Assembly (NCBI GenBank): GCA_030704615.1
Contig: CM060731.1
Coordinates: 52,204,001 to 52,268,000 of the forward strand
Direction: 5' to 3'
DNA length: 64,000 nucleotides
Origin: Takakia lepidozioides
Taxonomy: Eukaryota; Plantae; Bryophyta
The translations under genes were made by a program, and so were the position numbers. Position 1 is the stretch's first letter. Each line of letters opens with the position of its first letter. The notes beneath the pieces are model-generated. The model was not told the DNA's origin and ran no database searches. It was given only the letters and a program-made list of their open reading frames with translations. Positions 24,595 to 38,456 of the stretch are shown here, in pieces.

Positions 24595-26456
24595 TGTCAT
24601 GGACATAGCCCAGAGGAACTTACTAGGAGTAAATACCAGAAGTTACCAAGTCACTATGTTATCATGTTACCGAAAGTTACCATGACTTATCGTGATTTAC
24701 CATGATCTACCATGATTTACCATGATCTACCATGATTTACCATTACTTACCAAATTATCGGGAGTTTACCAAATTACCAAGAGTAACTTGGGAAACTACT
24801 CAGGAAGCTTCCTTTTGAGGAAACTTCTCCATCAAGATACCTCATTTGTTTAAGGAAGCTTCTCCATCAAGAAACCTTTGTTTAATCTTGGAAACTTTTC
24901 CAGCAAGAAACCTCCATAGGGGAAGCTTCTTAGTAGCCAGTATATATAGGAGACGAGACTGGACACTCTTCAGTCTCGCCAACACAAGTTCAAGTTACTC
25001 TTGTTCCAAGTCCAGTACTCCAGTCCAGCTTCCAGTATCCAGTCCAGTTTCCAGTATCTGGTACGCTGCCTCCTCCACCTGACTGAGCCCCACGCATTCG
25101 TATTTACTAGGGAAGACGACTACATCCGTGGCACAATGATGGAATCGTTGCGCAAGCACTCTAGCGACTACCTCTTCCCAGGTAGGATCAGCAGCAGCCT
25201 CAGTGGCCGTGGCCTCACGAAGATTAGCAAAGACAATAGCCGAGCCACCCTTGACAAACTCCTAGAGCCGCAAAGGACTGGGCCTGTTGGGATGCGCAAA
25301 GCTCTCTAAATCACGGCCAAGCTCCCGGGAGACAGTAAACTTAGGAACACCCACTTCAGCCCAGCTGAACCGTTCACCAGCTCTCATGCGCTGTTCGAGC
25401 ACTGCAGATGGGATCCTCTGAGCAATCTCCTCCGCGCGTAGTTCTTGCAGCAACTTCCCAGCCCAAGCCCCTTGTAGTGCTTCGTCTACTTTGCATTTTT
25501 GTTCACGCTTTTGAGCAGCTATGGTTGTGACTTTTGCAGCCTCCTCAACCGCCTCTTCTTTGAATTTGACCATCCAGTAATCCGAGGGAGTGTCCAGCAC
25601 AATCTCCTCACGCGTCCATGCTTCCTTGGCATCAACAAGAGCGTATTTGCAAATATCTTCGCTTAAACGGACGCATAACTCATGCAGAAATGTGAGCTCA
25701 AAGTTGAGTTCAGGAGTAATCTCAGGAAACAGCAGCTCAGCGTGAGAAGGAGACGCCATCGCACACAACAGATTGAATCAACACAGGTTGGCACAAACAA
25801 AAAAGGAAAACAAAGAAGCAGGGAGTATAAGCCGCCGCCATCGTGCTTGCCATCACCGTACCTTCTTGTTCCCTGTACCTTACCAGCACCTGAATATCAT
25901 TAGTTCATACATCCATAATAATAGACACAATGCCCCCCATCTCCACCAAGATTCCAGGGCCGGGGATATATTCCCCTTCTTGATCCGGTATTACCCGTAT
26001 GAGGGTTGTAGCTCGGCAGGACTGAGACACGCTAGACAAGATGGAATCTAACACAAGGATTAACCTTTCTCATACACTTTCATCCAATCACTGCATAGGT
26101 ACACTACAAGATCTGAGACCAAAATCCACCACCTCATTCTCCCGAGTGCTTTGATATATATAGTACTTAAGCAAGTAATCCTATCCAGGCAAAATGGCTG
26201 CTTTCTATTGGTTAGCCAGATGCCACACCAGCTAGACCACACAAGCCTGCCACATCCTCTAATCTGATCCTAATCTAACTGTTAACTAAAGACAACATCA
26301 ACTTAATATAGCCAGCTGTATCAGCGTCCAATGCGTAACGGCTACTCCACCTACATCCAGGTAAGATTTAACTGAGAGCCTCAGTCGGTGTCATTCGTTA
26401 GCTTGGATGCGCATCACCATCCTGATTCGTAGGAATCAAGCCCTTACAGGCTGACA
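24595..26456 (+). mobile_element. Possible long LTR-like segment
   Basis: Begins TGTCA where the integrase breaks off and ends TGACA; TATATATAGG at 24941; CCATGAT(C/T)TA repeats 24680-24750; no TSD found. Confidence 0.4.
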
Positions 26457-27016
26457 TATAATATATGTACATATATTCACTCAAGAAATTGCTGTAGGGG
26501 TCACATACACTTAAATTTGAACTGACAACCAAATAGCACAATTTCATGAAGTTCACTTTTTGAGAAGTTTTTCTGGCTCTGATCCTCAGTAGGTTTCGGG
26601 GGATGGTATATGTAGGTAGAAGTGCTTTTCAGGATTTCCGAGTATTGATTGACCAACCTTTGGTGGTCAAATATGTTTTTAGAAGCATCACAGGATTTGT
26701 GGGTCTGGGTAATTTTCCCCAAGCTTCGTTGCATCAGTATGTTACTCGGTTTACACAATGGTTCCTTGACCCCAAGTGTTGGCTTTTCCTGGCCCCAGAT
26801 ATTTGGACTTCCTGGTGTGCCCATCCTTCTTGACACATGCCATCTACTTTAACTTTTTTTGAGTCACCACAAGTGAATTCTCATTGATAAGTATTTACAG
26901 GAAGGTTAGGACTTGCATCTAGTGACCTTCTTGTGGAGAATATTCTGAACAGGTCTTCCTCTGAGTCTTTATGGTAGGGCTTATAATTGGAGATGGCATT
27001 TGTTGGATGGTTGTAG

Positions 27017-28470
27017 AAAGGCCTTCTGTGTATGATAGGCATGACAGCTTCACCATCAAAGCAGCCTATTGAGATCTTTGGACCAGAGGGCCTGCGGCAG
27101 TGGATGCGCACTACACTCAAGCTGTCCTGTGCACGTGTGCCTACCAAATATGCTGTGCATCAGCTGGTCCTCAACGAGGTGCACCTCAAGGCTGATGAAT
27201 ATCTAGTTCCCCTTCCTCAATTTGTGCACTGCTTGCAGTACGAGTCACTGTCTTTTACCAGTAAGGGGGTATTGCTAGTTACCAAACCAAAATTTTCAGG
27301 AAAGTGTTCTGAGCAGCCACTAGGGGCTCTGCAAAGGTGCAAGGATCTCTGGCAGGCAAGCCATTGTTGGAAAATTTTCTGGTTGTGCGTAATTCAATTT
27401 GCAACTCTTTGATATGAGGCCAGGAAAGGATTTGGAAAAGAGCTGCCAAATGGATCTAGCAGAGGAAGAGCATGAAGATGAACTACCTGGCAAGGACATT
27501 TCTTGCTCTAAATGGAGATTACTCATTACTGTGAATTCAGAACCATCAAACTCAAACTACCAAGGGAATAAGAGAGTTAACTGTTTGGATGCCTTCTAGT
27601 TGAAAGTATGTAATTGTTGTTCTTAGAGGCAGGACAAACGGTGGTTTCGAAGAAGTGCAGGGATCATGTACTTTGGAATACAGTCCGCACTGACACCAGA
27701 TCAAGTGGAGGCCAGAAACCAGCTCTAGTCATGCTATTCTGAACCCTAAGCAGGAAGTTGGTGACTGTGATTGCCATGGATCCAAGACAGCTATCAATGG
27801 ACAAAAACTTTTGGGCCAAATGAAAGAAAGTTCTTTCCAAAAACAATCCTTGACTTTTAGTTGGGAACACCCTGGGATTAGGGCTTAAAACTTTGGCTCA
27901 TCCCCTTTGAACAGAGATCCTTGACCAGATCTGGGTTGCCAAATTATTACTGGTTGTCATATAGACCTGGTCGTATGTCCCCATCGAAGGGGTGTAGAGT
28001 CTAGCCTAAGCTGTCAGAGGCAACCTGCAGCAGGAGGTGCTGGAACAGGTCACAGGGAACTGTGACTCCTTCCCAGTCGACCCATAATACTTCTCCCTTC
28101 ACAAAGTAAGGAGAAAGATCCCACTAAGAGTTTCCATACCCAGACCATGGGGACAGGACCTTACTACCTCTGGTGGTTGTCACCTTCATAAGCAGAGATT
28201 TACACCGACACTGGCAAAATAGCCCAGTCTCCAGAAGTGTGCTGGGTAGCAATGAAAAGGGTTGTGCACATTCTCTCTCTGACCCAGAGAATTCTGGTGT
28301 TGGCTTTACATGGAGTTCCAAGCAGGTTTGAACTCACATCTAACAGAGTCATTGTCACGGGCTCAATAACTATAGACATAAGGATGATAAGTCCAGGGCT
28401 AGTGTGTTCCTGCACTACATAGCCCCAACTGGGGATGGTGTGCTTCAGCAGTCCTGCCACAACCACGTCA
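27017..28470. pseudogene. RNase Z (ELAC1/tRNase Z-like) gene fragments on both strands
   Basis: Plus: GLLCMIG..PIEIFGPEGLRQWMRTTL (27020-27178) and HEDELPGKDI (~27470); minus: AGLLKHTIPSWGYVVQEHTSPG (28460-28395). No HxHxDH motif seen. Confidence 0.65.
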
Positions 28471-29738
28471 GGTTCAGCGTTGGGTTTTCTTTCTGGTCTA
28501 GCTGGTTATCTGGATTGGATGTTACTTTCTTAACTCCTTCCTTTATTTCGTCTTGAGGGTGAAAATAAGAGGGGCTTCCGACTCCCACAGGTGCTTGCCA
28601 GACAGCAGTGGGGTTCAATGCAATCATGTATGATCCTTGATGTGAGAATTAGTATAAGTTGTTAGGCAAACCTAGGGATGATGTATCATCTTTGATAAAA
28701 CATGTGTTGCCTGGGGGTCAACTTATATGGTATGGTGTAGTAATGGATGGGATTCTTCCAGATGCACGGGGTTTCTCAGGAGAATCGCCCCAAGCAGTCA
28801 CACAAGCTTTGTGGGAATAAATCCTCCCTGGTTGCACACCACTGTCCCCACTTGATCAAAGCAGCGCCGCTCTGCAAGCAAAAGCGGAGCAACACCCACA
28901 CTTGTAAGCTCCGCAGCTGATCAGCCGCGTGGCAGCCCAAACTTCTTTTTGTTAGCGCTCAAGTTAACAAACTGGCGCGCTGCCGTTTGTTAGCGGCCAG
29001 CTGGTGCTACGTGGCGCACCATTGTTTTGTATTCTTGTCTATGCCAGGAGCGCGATGGACGCTCCTTCTCTCTCGCCGCTCTTCTCGTCTTTGCCCCTGC
29101 TCTGCTGTATATCCACTTTGGTATGGCTGGTGACAAATTTCATGTGTAGTTTCCACCTATGGTGTTTATCCAGCGCTCTACACACACACTTCCCAGGTGT
29201 ACACAGCGCTCGTGCAATGTCAAAGGTGATACTACCTATGAAATTTGTCACCTTCGCATATGCGACACACGCGTACCAGATGCTCCCCTGTCTTGGTGTC
29301 TGCTTACCACAGCTGTTCTTTGTGTTGAGAGGGTATAGTCCTCTCGTTAACCTTCTCCCTGACCTGTAATCGGAGTTGCAATGGAGAATCCTGGCATGTC
29401 TTATCCAGTCTTATAGTTGCCTGCAAGTCTGTGTATTGCCCATGACATGCTGGTTGCGAATGTCCTGGAGGCATACTTTCTCCTACTTCGTGCCATCACT
29501 TGATGAGGACAAGGGAATGTATAAACTTCAAATTCTGGACATTATCCCAGTATTGCATGTCACATGTTAACTTGACTGCTGAGACTTGACTGCTAAGACA
29601 GGGATTGTTGGTGTATGTGACAAGGCATGTGCGAATGTAGGAAGAGCAAGAATTCACATTCCTGTGGCCCTGACATTTGATCTTTCACTCCCGTGAGCAG
29701 TGCGTATGCTGCAGGCAGTAGAGCTATACAAAGGAACC

Positions 29739-31090
29739 ATGACGCCTGCGCCAACACATCACGCACAGGCTATGAAGCCGGAGGCTGTAAAAATTGCAGA
29801 GCTAGAGTCATTGCAACTGGTACGTACAAATGGAGCCGACTAATTCAAGCAGTTTGCAGCTGATCTTGATTTCCCTTAAGAACTCTTTCGTCTATGCTGC
29901 GATTAGGTAGTTGTCTTCAGCATAACGCCGAATTAGAAATTCTCATACAATTAATGTGGTCGACCGTTTCTTGTCCAATCTCGAAATCTTCTACGCATCG
30001 CCGTGTTCAACATATGCTACATCAGGGGTCTGTTTCCCGACAAGTACTTTGAGGACAAGATGTGCCCGCACTTGGCCGTACGTTTTTGACCGATGTCCGT
30101 CTATCGTCAAAAGTTATATATCTGCTTGTGCTCCGGGGGCTCTCAAGGGGACGTAGTAGTGGCACCTATGCATAACTATTGATCAGTGATTCGGAAGTCG
30201 ATGAAAGCATCAGTTGACTCCTTTGAATGTTCTGTAGATGTCCCAACCCTGAAGCTCAGAATGACGTGCCTGTAAGGTCTGATCTCAAGAACTTTCAAGA
30301 AACAGTCCCACTTTATTATACAAGGATCCTCGTTGTTTATTGCTGCAGTTCTAAATTTTATTGACAGAAATGAAAGTCAAGAAGCTGATGCCCACGGACA
30401 TCGAATCGAATAGACTCATAGAATGGACGGAAAAAGGTGAGACCCCTGCATTACTAAATCATTTTCAGTTCAGTTTTGATCATGTCTTACTCTTCACGCT
30501 GACAACTGACATGATCGTATTTACATATGTATGGATGATCTGTGTGCACAAGATTTACTTGAGCTGTATTAAAAATGCATAGCTCTACGATCGTGCAGAC
30601 GCTTGCATTTCGGATTATTCTTCCGGATAGGTAGTGTTCACATGAGTTTAATAACGGTAATTCATCATCATTTCAATCGGCCACGCTTACTACGTTATCC
30701 AGAACTACTAGAACCACGTGCACGAGGTCTATCTTTATATATATAACCATGTGTTCAAGCTATGACTCCTGCAGACTCCGACAGACAGCTGACTCAGATG
30801 TCTGTTTACTTTGTGCAGGTGTTTATGATTCCCTTCAGAAGAAGTACCTGAGGACACTCTTGTTCGGTATCTGTGATGCAGAAGATGGTCCATTGGTAGA
30901 AGAATACAACTTAAGGAGTTGAATCTTGCAGCTTCTGACTTGAAAGCTCAAGTGCATATGCTCTTTGTTTAGTTTGCACAAATATCTCCGCATTCAGAGT
31001 GTCTAAGACTTAAAAATTAAACTTATGGATGCAGTTCCCTTCAGCTACACAAATTTCATGTGAAGAAGCACTATTCATGAGCAGCGTACG
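29739..31090 (+). pseudogene. ASY1: ASY1/HOP1-like HORMA-domain gene, 5' exons only, damaged
   Basis: Exons give ELESLQL / [27 protein letters not shown] / EMKVKKLMPTDIESNRLIEWTEKG / [29 protein letters not shown] / PFSYT, matching the plant ASY1 N-terminus. Acceptor at 29977 is AA; 1-nt deletion before VPAL; donor lost near 30911. Confidence 0.85.
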
Positions 31091-32139
31091 ACAGACAGCT
31101 TGCCTGCCCACTGTATGGAGTTTTGTGGGGACTTGCTGTCTTTGTTTATGCGCAGCTGCATGCCAGAAGAACAGCCCAAGCTACTTTACAGACTTTAGAG
31201 TAGCCATGGCTTCAAAGTCAGGGTGTTGTTCTAACCCTGTTTCCAAAAAGTGTACCATTGTTGTCTGTTTCGGGTATGGCAGATCACAATGTCTTTAATG
31301 TCCTACCGCATGCATATGAGCATTTTGCCTTTGCATCTAAGTTGCTCTAACCCTGTATATGTGCCATTTGCTCAGGATTGCATGATGTAAAGCGATAGCA
31401 AGTGTCAAAACCTGCTACTCATCTCACGCATCCTCACTAATGCTCACACTGTCAGGTGTGATGTTTTTGGGATTGGACACAGGTCAGGGTTTTTCACCTG
31501 TCATTAATCCCTAAGCTTCTTGATTGTGCTACTACATGAGTTATGAAAATATGGATGACTGCAGCTAATTCCTAGGGCAGCCACTGTCTGGGGGCGGTGC
31601 TCTTACATCTGTTGAACTCTCCAAACCTGATGTGGAAAGTAATACATACCTGAAGCAGTTGGAGGGAGCTCTTTATGGACATTCAGTAAGCCATTTAATC
31701 TCTTCCTGTAGCCGACATGCAATGTTCGACACTGAAAATAGTATCTTCACAGTTTGTCAAACTCACATTGAATTTGCTCTTGCAGGTAGTCCACATGCCT
31801 CCTGTCAGAATTCAGGTTGGAAAAGTAATTATAGCATGTATTAACCTAGAAGGGTCTTGGCTTGACAAGGTCCCGGAAAGCCAGTTTTCAGATGATTGTA
31901 CTCCTTTTTTTCAGGCTGGAAGCTCGGTCTTGTTCTGTCAGCATCATCCATCTGGTGGTTACTTTCAAAATAAACAAAGGTGGCCCTGATTTGTGTGTGG
32001 ACGTCTCGGAAGAAGGGGACGAACTGGAAAGTGGAGACTTTGACGTTGGCGAGATGGAGGCGGAACGACTCAGACCCGCGTTGGACTGGATTGACAATGG
32101 ATTTCATTTCAACGGCTTTTCCTGTGTGTGTTGTTTCTG

Positions 32140-32275
32140 CTGAATGGCATGCTTACGATGACTGTAGTATTTGTCGGGAGTGTCCATTGCCAGCAGAGTC
32201 GGTGTTTTTTTTTGACTGACTGTGGGCACTGTTTTCACTCCGGGTGCATAGAAACGTGGCTGCTGGCCCGCTTTG
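32140..32275 (+). pseudogene. RING-H2 zinc finger remnant
   Basis: DDCSICRE..(frameshift at poly-T)..LTDCGHCFHSGCIETWL; last CxxC pair absent. Confidence 0.6.
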
Positions 32276-33616
32276 CAGGCGCAACTACTGATTTAATCCC
32301 TTTAGGCATACAATCATTGTGTGCACATGCATCCATGTTCATTTTAAATAGGTTGGAGGGAAGTGGAACTATTGAGGATCTAGTGACTGCTGCCCGCAAG
32401 GCATTTGGAAAACATTCAGTTGTAGCTGCGCATGATCTAGCAGCTTATACTGTTCTGCGAAAAAATGGATCTGCCTCATCTTTTGAGCAAACTTGATCTC
32501 AATTTTTCTGTGCCAGACACCTGAGATGTCAGTCCCACAATTTTTGGCTGGCCACTTTTCTACTCCACTGTCAGAAATGTCTTACTGGAGACTTGCATTA
32601 GTGTTCCACACCGTCTAAATGTCAAAGATGAACAAAGCAGAGTGGAATCCGCATCATGCATGTTCTCACAAATCTTTGCAGACATCGGGCCATGAGTGAT
32701 CTTCTCCCCGCCAACAGAGTGAAAGGCAGACTTGTTGGCTGACCTCTATGGGCTGCTGGTGTGTGTGAATCTTGGCAGGGTTCCTTGCAGCTAAATAAGA
32801 AGCAGACAGGTGCGGCAAGCCTACGCAAACAAGAGGAGGGGAAGACCGATAGCTATGGCATCTCTCGGAGAATTGGTTTGAGCAGGTGTCCAATGCCCAT
32901 TATCTGGCAGAGATTGTGAGTTCATTGGTCCATAGACTTCATCACCCCTCCCAAACAAGACTCTGCTATTCTGAAGTGGAAGGAGAGTCTGTTGTAAGAA
33001 TTTTTTTCTCTTTCACACATATCATAGCTCAGTTTTCACTTCACACAGGCGTAGATGATGAAAAGAGTATCACAACAGCCATCTTCTTTTTTCTAGGTCC
33101 TAGTTTAGCAGTCGCCTTGTGGCATGTCAGGCCTTGTATATGAGTGAAGTACTAAGGAAGTGTGACTGTGGCTGGCCAGGTTCTTTATTTGGGCTTCACA
33201 ATAGCCAGAAGGGGCACTGACTTCAACATCTGGTTGTTACTCACGTGTGTGGTAATTATCTGGTCCCTTAGCCTTTGCTTCAGGAGTGCAGCTACCACGA
33301 CTCCTGGTGGCTTTCTAGTATGATTTTTGTGCATCAAGTCGAATGGTCCTCTGGTGGTTGTGCAGGTGGGAAACTTATGTATACAGGGGCTGAAAACATG
33401 TCAATTGTACTAAACAAAGTTTGAGATTGCCCCCCTTCTCGGAAGGCCATCTTTCCCTTCATATGCTGAGTTGAGGTTGGTAGACTAGGGAGACATGCAT
33501 GCTCCAAGCACTTGACAACGCCTGGCACTGAGGATTAAGAGGTCACATCCTTTGAGGAGTTATCTTGGTCTACACACATCCGAATCCGACAAGAATTACC
33601 AGTAATTTGCCTTACA

Positions 33617-36600
33617 CCAGTCATGAAAATCATCCTCTACCTACTGGGGAAAATATCTATTGCCCCCTCTTTATGAATGAGCTCTTGACTTGGGATAACA
33701 ATTGTGCTCCTGGTCTACACCTTTCGAAGTGGTTGGTGTGAAGGAGCCGGAAAGTTTTGCCTTGTGAATTGAGAGCTAAGACCACCTCAGCACATTTGAA
33801 TATTCCTGACTTCACCATACAAAAATGTCCTCATCTGGAGTAGGTCTATCTTTGAGCAGATACACATCAAATCTATCCCTAGAGATAGATTGATCATTAT
33901 ATAAAAGCTGTGAATAATGCCTCTGGTGAAAGAAAGTACAGTGTATTGTGAATACTTTGTCTATCAAAGAGTGAAGAGAGATGAAATGGGTGGTCTGTTA
34001 AGGGCTGCTAAACAAGGATGAGGTATCTTGCATCGCCGATTCAGTAGTCATGACACTTGAAAATTGTCAACATAACAGTCCCTTTCGTCCTCGCGATGTA
34101 CAAAGCCACAGGTATGAAAAGCTTTGCAGGTGATGCAAGAAATGGACTCTTTAGTATGTGCCTGCATCTCTCGTCGTTTCACACTCACATGTGAGTCGTT
34201 TCGCCCTTCGCACTGTTTCCGAAAGAGTGAGGCGCAACGGGGCCTCGGCGAGTGTGGAAGCAAGGAGACGAGCCACAATCCGGCGGCAGAAGATTTGCAC
34301 TAAGTTTTGCGCGCTAATCAAATCAACTACCAATTCCAAAACTAGTTGGAATTAGAATCGCAAACGGACTGATGATAATCCAAGAGTGATATCGCACTTG
34401 GGTTGCTCTTAGAGATTTAGTGAAAGAGCATCGTCATCATTTTTAAGAGACTGTTCTCTCTCCCTCTGTTTCCCTTCAATGGCGCAGAGAGCTATGGCGT
34501 CCCTCACAGCAGCTCTGTCCTTGTCTCCTATTCATCAGTCCATCCCCTCTCGACTGCAATGCAGAAACCCACCAACGCCCAACCAAGATATCTCATCCCC
34601 TCTCCACCCTCTCTCACTTGCAGGTCCTAACAACCAAATGCGGGGAAGGCTTCAAATTACAGGTGCCAAGAATGTGTATTCAGAGCGGAAGGGTGTCACG
34701 GTGTCTGCAGCAGAGCCAGAGATGACTGCTGAAGGGCTTGCGGAATACGAGATGGTGCTGTCCAAGTTAGGCGGCACACAGCCTGATTTTTGGGAGGGTC
34801 CCCAATGGAACACTCTGGGTTTTGTGGTTCAGTACATGTGGGCAGTTGGCATCGTTGTTGCGGTATGTATTTCTCGCGCCCTGTTCCTCCTTCTCTTCCA
34901 GCCGCAGCTGTACCGTTCAGGGCAATGTTCCGCCCTCTCTCTTCCGCTTTGTAATTGGCACTGCTATCATAGGTACAGAACGTCAGTGCTGCAGATCCGT
35001 CCAGAAGGTGCACAATTCCTCATTGGAACTTAAACTTCGGAATCCCTTTGGGTTTGTTGCAGGGTCTACGCGCTACAGCAAGTAGAGTCTAATGAATACA
35101 CATACAAACACGACTGAACATAGGGTGTCGTTTAGGAAGGGAGGGTCAACTTTGGGAAATGTCTCTCTCGCGTCCTCTTCTAGAAACAGTGTGACTGGCA
35201 GCCTTGCAACTGAGGCAAGTTGGGGCTACATCAGCATTTCTTGAGCAGCCTAGTGTTTTCTAGCATACTGTCTATATCAGCTCATCCATCAAACACTCAA
35301 TTCCTTGTAGCTGGCTTGTCGGTGGCTGTGACAATTGGGATGAGGCTCACATACACTGGATGGACTGAAACAATTTGCCAGTTTTGGGGTCTGCCATAGC
35401 CAATATTTGCAGGGAACTGTCAGTGGGTACATCTCTTGTCCTTACATGTCCTTTAGGCACCATACCCGGGCTTGGCCTGAAAAGGCAGGAAGTTGGGCCA
35501 TTATTTTTTAGTACTGAGTATTTTCATTGCATTATATGCTGTTAGAATTCGATGGGTACTGTCTACATCATGTTTGCTGACGCATCCTTACCTTGGGGAA
35601 GGGGATGTCAGTTGGTGGCTTGTGTGGTGGCAGTCAGAACATTCAATTCAGGGGCAACTGACATCAGAAGCACAGCAGTGTACAAAGAGTCCTTGAAGGA
35701 ACAAAGTGGTGGCTTTGAAGAGGACTCTGGAGAACCTTCAGTCTTTGGGGAATCGCTGGAGGAGGCACCCCCAGTCCAAAAGTAGCCAACCAGCCACCAC
35801 TGACAACACATGTTATAGATTTAAGGTTGATATGTCATTCCTTTTTATCTGTGAGAGTTACAAGATTGTGTAACGCCATGTAGATGTTGCTGAGGTGTGT
35901 GAGAGAAAGCAAGTTTGCTTGAAAGAGAGATAACATGTTATCCATTGATTGCTGTAGCTATTTGACCAGCTGGGAAATTGTGGAAAAATACATCTGTTTT
36001 TCCTCCCCACTCTCTAGCACAGTTATGGAGTGATGGCATTTCTCGTCAGACCTTATTTTGGCCACCAGTCTGGAGGGAGGAGATAAACTGGTGAGGGATG
36101 TGCAACTTGGGTACCAGATTGACTTTTGCACCATTGTTGGGATAGATAATATTTCAATGTGAAATATCACATGAATGCGATCGGCACAGATGTGAACTTC
36201 AGTACCTTGATGAGTGCGCATGGATGTGGAAGTGTGGAGCATTTGCATCTGTCACTGCCAAACATGTCTGGTAGACCCTGAGGAGAGGGACTTCTGCTAT
36301 GAGATTGACACTAGACTGGTGTCACTTTGCCACAAGAAGGCCACTTGTCCATTGGGACCTGTGGATGGTCAGTGGATCTCAAAGGGGGAGCTTCTATATG
36401 TGTCTGCGTTATGGTATCATATGTCATCAGCTGTAGAGCCATTTCTTGCATCACCTGCAAAGCTTTTCATACCTGTGGCTTTGTACATAGTGAGGACAAA
36501 AGGGACTGTTATGTTGACAATTTTCAAGTGTCATGGTTACTAAATCGGCAATGCAATATACCTCATCCTTGTTTAGCAGCCCTTAACAGACCTCCCAATT

Positions 36601-37010
36601 CTCTTCTCTTGGACAAAGTTTTCACAATACACTGTACTTTTTTCTTTTCTTCTTTTTTTTTTTCTTTTTTTTTTACTGTACTTTCTTTCACCAGAGAGAT
36701 TATTCACAGCTTTTATATAATGATCAATTTATCTCTAGGGGTAGAATTGATGTGTATGTGCTCAAAGATATTGGTCAAACTGTCTTGTATGGTGAAGTCA
36801 GGAATATTTGTCAGGTGCTCCAAGGTGGTCTTACCTCTCAATTCAAAGCAAAAATGTTACTGCATCACTTTCTGGCTCCTTTGCACTAACCATTTCGAAA
36901 GGTGTAGACCAGGAGCACAATTGTTATCGCAAGTCAAGAGCTCATTCATAAAGAGGGGGCAAAGCAATAGATGTTTTCCCAAGTAGATAGAGGATGATTT
37001 TCATGACTGG
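33617..37010. repeat. Diverged inverted duplication, arms 33617-34150 and 36435-37010
   Basis: GACACTTGAAAATTGTCAACATAACAGTCCC at ~34052 is mirrored at ~36501-36531, and CCAGTCATGAAAATCATCCTCTA at 33617 at ~36988-37010. Confidence 0.9.
34479..35785 (+). CDS. Small plastid-targeted membrane protein, 185 aa (exons 34479-34862, 35612-35785)
   Basis: S/P-rich transit-like N-terminus; PDFWEGPQWNTLGFVVQYMWAVGIVVA|LVACVVAVRTFNSGATD, which I recall from a conserved uncharacterised plant protein; phase-0 GT-AG intron. Confidence 0.85.
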
Positions 37011-38456
37011 AACCTGGTCACTGCCTATGAGGAAAAGTTGAAGCTGACTGCCTGTGTGAACTGTGTGAATCACATCAGGGGTGACGAAGCAGAAATTCGT
37101 TGGCACAGTTTGCGTGCCAGAATAACAATAATACCAAGAAGTATCGGAGACACAGAAACATGAATTTGAAAGTTTGCTTTGACATAATCAAGACACTCTT
37201 AGTAAGCCTGCAGACTAGGGCTTTTGTTCAATTGTTGAGCTTGTCATTGACACGCAAGGGTTTCCTCCCTGATAGAGCCAACCCAGCCGCCTATCAGAGT
37301 GAAGAGGGTGAGGTGTAGAGGCAGATACAGACAGCCAGGTGAGTACCAATTGAAGTTGAACATGTGCAAAGAGAGCTTGCCCCAAGAAGAAGACTGTCCA
37401 ATCAGGTTGGGGTTGCGGTTACAACTTTACGAGACATACTGCTGATTGTAGCGGCATCACAGTTGCTGCCTCAATCCTGAAAGGCTGTGGCACCAAACAT
37501 TGGTCAGTGCAGAGTATGCTAGACCCATCTAAAGTTATTGCTGTTCTTTCGAAACGTAACAAAGATACTACTCTCATATTTGGAGAGCATCCACACATTT
37601 CACAAGGGTTCTGTTTTCTCGAATTTTGCTAGTTACACACAAATCACTGAATTGCAAAGGCGGACCCAATCCCCAATCCATCAACTGCACCATTGAAACA
37701 ACTTGGACGTGTAAAACATGCTGTGAGCAGCCATAGCTTTGATAACAAATTACAACCCCACACTGACCAGGGACCAATTTTTGCTGTATCCATGATGGTA
37801 GACAGTGAGACTAATCATGTTCCCTTCAGCAAGCTTCTGAAAATCCCCTGCTTTCTGAAACTTTCCTAGCCTTCAGCAGAAGCAGAAACGAGATGGCATA
37901 AGATGTTAGGGACTGTCCGGAACATCTACAAAAATGCCACGCTAATAATCTGGGCAGAAAGAGGGACCCCTACTATCAAGAACGCACTGCTGCCAGTCTC
38001 TCCCTGCAGAGGCCTGAGCCTACAAAAACGCATTGTTTCTAGCCCAGCATGCCTATAGGTTATGCAAATATAACTTTCTGTCCATACCTGAGGCACCATG
38101 AGCTATTCAAGTAGAGCACTGTGTAAACTCAAGTGGATCTCCTTCGACTTGAGAGCCCTAATCTCAAAGAGGACATCTCGTAGAAATGATGGACCCTCTG
38201 CAACTGTCACACCAGTAACTTAGATTGCAGTAGTTATTTGTCCATATATGCCATACATACAGGCATAGACCTTAAATCTGCTGTAGACGTTCTACTGCTT
38301 CTGTAGCCAATACACTAGCTTCAACAGCTACTCTGCCTTCACTCTAAACCACCTTAGGCACATAATCTCGCTCTCTCTTATCGCTTTCTCTGTGCAGAGG
38401 ACAACTCCTACCCAAGCCACCACCAGATGCTCTTCGCAGACTCTCCGTCCCATAAT

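Noticed and set aside
27660-28380. Possible LINE ORF1 remnant
   Set aside because: Only a vague WVDWEG..C pattern amid many stops.
32690-33616. F-box/LRR pseudogene
   Set aside because: Only a weak AGVCESW motif; no continuous frame.
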